Shown one piece after another: positions 61,443-64,000 of a DNA stretch of 64,000 nt (positions are counted from its first letter, which is position 1; every line of letters starts with the position of its first letter). The stretch lies in NCBI GenBank assembly GCA_016218805.1, contig JACRCW010000168.1, positions 1-64,000 of the forward strand, given 5' to 3'. This DNA is from Deltaproteobacteria bacterium. Lineage in GTDB: Bacteria > Myxococcota > JACRCW01. A model generated the notes under the pieces. The model was not told the origin of the DNA. It did not search any database and worked only from the letters and a program-made list of their open reading frames with translations. A program made the translations under genes and the position numbers.

Positions 61443-62314
61443 GGCAGCAACTCCCCGCGCGCCTCCTGGCTCAGCGTCATCACCAGGCCGGCGCCGCCGT
61501 CCACGGGCGCCGCCAGCAGCACCGCCGTGGACACGTTGCGCTTGACCACCACGGTGATGGGCTCGCTTCGGCCAGCGGTCATCCACGTCAGGGCGCCGGA
61601 CGGCACCACGTGGCACCCGTCATCCTTGACCACGCACTGGATGGTGGCGCGCGTCTGCGCGCTGCCCGCGCCGGTGGTCAGCTCCACGGAGACCAGCGCG
61701 GCCGGATCCGTCCCCGCCTGCCAGCGCACCACCACGTCAGAATCCCCCACGTGCCCGGCGCCGGACAGGTCCGGCGAACTCAGCAGCATGGGAGCGGGCG
61801 GCACCATGGCCGCCACGCCGCCGTTCACAAACCCGCCGTCCCGCCCCACCACGTTGACCGCCACGCCGTCCGCGCCCAGCACCGCGCCCGCGGTGGAGTG
61901 CGACAGCGATCCCCCGTCCGGCGCGCTGAGTGTGACCGCGCCGCCCACGGTGCCGCTGACCTCCACGCGGTCCACGCCCAGCGCGGTGCGCGTTCCCGTG
62001 GTGGCCGGCTGGCCGGTGATGCCGCGGCAGGTGGGGCTCAGATCCAGCGCCTGCGGCGCCTCCACCGCGTAGTTGCTGACGTCATAGAAGCTGGCCGCCA
62101 CGCTGCCGGTGACGGCGGCGCCGGATTTGTGGTCGCGGGATTCGGCCACGCGCACGGCACCCATCCACGCCACCGGCACGCCGCCACCCTGGCCGGCGTC
62201 CGTTTGCGGGCCTTCCTGGTCACACTCCGGCGGCAGCTGTTCCGCCGGTTTCTGCGTGCACGCCCCCACCACCAGCAGCGCCGCGCCGGCCCGCACCCAC
62301 CTCCCGCTCCTCAT
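61439..62314 (-). CDS. Hypothetical lipoprotein
   Basis: Lipobox VGA-C; V.W......V.V.L.......C...DDG...VP...L; coupled to both neighbours by 4-nt overlaps. Confidence 0.7.
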   Translation of the reverse strand: MRSGRWVRAGAALLVVGACTQKPAEQLPPECDQEGPQTDAGQGGGVPVAWMGAVRVAESRDHKSGAAVTGSVAASFYDVSNYAVEAPQALDLSPTCRGITGQPATTGTRTALGVDRVEVSGTVGGAVTLSAPDGGSLSHSTAGAVLGADGVAVNVVGRDGGFVNGGVAAMVPPAPMLLSSPDLSGAGHVGDSDVVVRWQAGTDPAALVSVELTTGAGSAQTRATIQCVVKDDGCHVVPSGALTWMTAGRSEPITVVVKRNVSTAVLLAAPVDGGAGLVMTLSQEARGELLP

Positions 62315-64000
62315 GGTCCCACCGCTCCTTCTCCAACCAGGGCAAAGTCCGCGTCCAGCACGGGGATCTCCGCCACGTCCGGGTCCTTGAACCGCGGCGG
62401 CACGTACACCACGTCCACCTGGGCCACGCGGAACAGGCTGGCCCCCATGGGCGAATTGAGCGGCGCCTGCCCGTAGTACACCACCAGGTGGTTGAGGCCC
62501 TCCTGCGTGGAGTCCCCGTTGACGGCGTTGCTCAGCTGGTCCCGCAGCCCGCGCGGCGCCGTGTGCACCAGCGTGATGTTGCGGACGCGCCAGTCCACGC
62601 ACTGCCGCTCGGTTTCGCGCACCTGCAGCGTCTCCACAATGTCCCGCGGCGGGAGCAGCTCCGGAGTGACTTCAATGGTGATGCTGCGCTCACGCAGCGC
62701 GTCTGATTGCACGGAGTCCTTGCCCTGCAGCGTGTACTGCCCGCGCCGGTCCACACTCTCCCACGCGCCAAAGTCCGGCCCGCCGTAGTTGTCCCGCCAG
62801 CGCAGCCGCGTGTTGGCGCGGTCAAACTCAATGGTGCTGACGCCCACGTACGCGCGCGGGGTCACAAACCGCACCACCACGCCGGACAGTGCGCGCGGCT
62901 GCTGCACATCCAGCATGCGGCTGAGCCCATTGCCCGTGCCGTCATCCCGGACAATGACCTTGTACAGGTAGCTGAGGTCCCCGCGGGTGCGGGCGTCGTT
63001 GGAGCGCGGGTCGGTGTGGCCCTTGAGTTCGTCGCCGTTGCGCGCGCCGTCCTGGTCGGTGTCATGGTTGACGTCATTGAGCAGGTAGTTGGTGCCCAGC
63101 ATCATCTCCAACCGGTCCGGGTAGCCGTCAGAGTCTGAATCAAACAGCGTGGGGTCCGTCCCCAGCAGCAGTTCTTCGCAGTCATTGAGGCCGTCCCCGT
63201 CACGGTCCTGGAAGCGGCCGCTGACCCGCGTCAGCGTCTGGCAGGTGAGCGGGCTGTCCGGCACGGTGGGGTCCAGCTCCCAGGCCAGGCCTGCATCCGT
63301 GGTGACGCGCTTCTTGAGCACGTTTTCCAGGTGATCTCCCAGCTGGTCTCCGTCCGTATCCGGCCGCAGCGGCTGCGTGCCAATGTCCCTCTCCTCGTCA
63401 TCTGACAGGCCGTCCGCGTCACTGTCCGGGCTGAACCCGCCGGTGCCGGGCTTGGCGTTGAGGTTGGCCACGACGATGTTCTTCATGATGAGCACGTTGC
63501 GCGTGGCGGAGTACTCAAACGCGCGGAAGCTGAGCTCCCCAATGGAGGCGTATTGCAGGTAGGTGCCGCCGCCGGCCGCGGCCATGCGCGCCAGCGCGTT
63601 CTGCGCGTCGCACTGGTCGTCGGGGGCGCCGGTGCCGCAGCAGGGTTCGCCGCCGGGGCCGGGGGGCGCGGGCGGCGTCACGGCAAAGTGCGCGGTGTGC
63701 AGCACCAGGTCCCCGCCGCCGTTGTCCGTGACAAACTTCCGCATGCGCCGGATCTCGCGCTCAAAGTTGCAGCCGTCATCACAGGGCGGCACAAACGTGC
63801 ACGCGTTGAACCCGCCCGGGGGCGGCACGCAGGCCGGGTCACAGTAGTAGTTGTTGGCGTTGGGCGGGCCGGCGTCACCCAGCAGGCCCGCGTCCGGGGC
63901 AATGGACGTATCCGGGTCCGTGCGCGGCCCCTCCGAATACAGCACCACGACGTAGCGCGTGCGGGCGCGGGCGCCGCGTTCGCTCACCAGCAGGTCCCCG
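62311..64000 (-). CDS. VWA + thrombospondin type-3 repeat protein, MtsD/CglD-like (5' end outside window)
   Basis: RYVVVLYSEG.P VWA strand, L..MA..GGG.Y, five D.D.DG..D..E Ca-binding repeats, C-terminal VRNITLV...G.N...VY..QAP. Confidence 0.75.
   Translation of the reverse strand, partial: GDLLVSERGARARTRYVVVLYSEGPRTDPDTSIAPDAGLLGDAGPPNANNYYCDPACVPPPGGFNACTFVPPCDDGCNFEREIRRMRKFVTDNGGGDLVLHTAHFAVTPPAPPGPGGEPCCGTGAPDDQCDAQNALARMAAAGGGTYLQYASIGELSFRAFEYSATRNVLIMKNIVVANLNAKPGTGGFSPDSDADGLSDDEERDIGTQPLRPDTDGDQLGDHLENVLKKRVTTDAGLAWELDPTVPDSPLTCQTLTRVSGRFQDRDGDGLNDCEELLLGTDPTLFDSDSDGYPDRLEMMLGTNYLLNDVNHDTDQDGARNGDELKGHTDPRSNDARTRGDLSYLYKVIVRDDGTGNGLSRMLDVQQPRALSGVVVRFVTPRAYVGVSTIEFDRANTRLRWRDNYGGPDFGAWESVDRRGQYTLQGKDSVQSDALRERSITIEVTPELLPPRDIVETLQVRETERQCVDWRVRNITLVHTAPRGLRDQLSNAVNGDSTQEGLNHLVVYYGQAPLNSPMGASLFRVAQVDVVYVPPRFKDPDVAEIPVLDADFALVGEGAVGP

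Overview
A very GC-rich (roughly 70%+ by eye), densely coding chromosomal segment. Its gene content (Cys-rich lipoproteins, Ser/Thr kinases, Mts/CglD-like VWA-thrombospondin protein, sigma54 regulator) points to a Myxococcota/deltaproteobacterial genome (inference). It starts in the 3' end of a 5S rRNA and its terminator. Core genes are sucCD, hutU/hutI, add, psd, an M1 aminopeptidase, truD-sigma70-tRNA-Pro(GGG)-surE-nlpD, tilS-ftsH-folP-glmM, tldD/tldE and dut. Between them lie exported Cys-rich lipoproteins, two ECF sigma factors, a rhomboid-TPR protein, a degenerate alpha-2-macroglobulin-like lipoprotein, a pseudokinase-Omp85-DUF4390-NtrY-NtrX operon, a kinase with a charged helical rod and FGE domain, and the end of an mts-like operon. 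I found no mobile element, prophage or CRISPR array. Main highlights: (1) two unlinked DNA-repair-type genes (SPL-like radical SAM; YycJ/WalJ-like nuclease) each have a myxobacterial LexA-box-like site upstream and a C-terminal beta-clamp-binding motif, suggesting an SOS-induced, clamp-tethered repair module; (2) hutI is split by one in-frame TAG; (3) the six-gene operon looks like a trans-envelope signalling system; (4) TCGA is strongly avoided window-wide but clusters at one palindromic regulatory region. All product calls come from motif recognition by eye; no database search was run. Several start codons were re-chosen downstream of the ORF-track starts and are best guesses.
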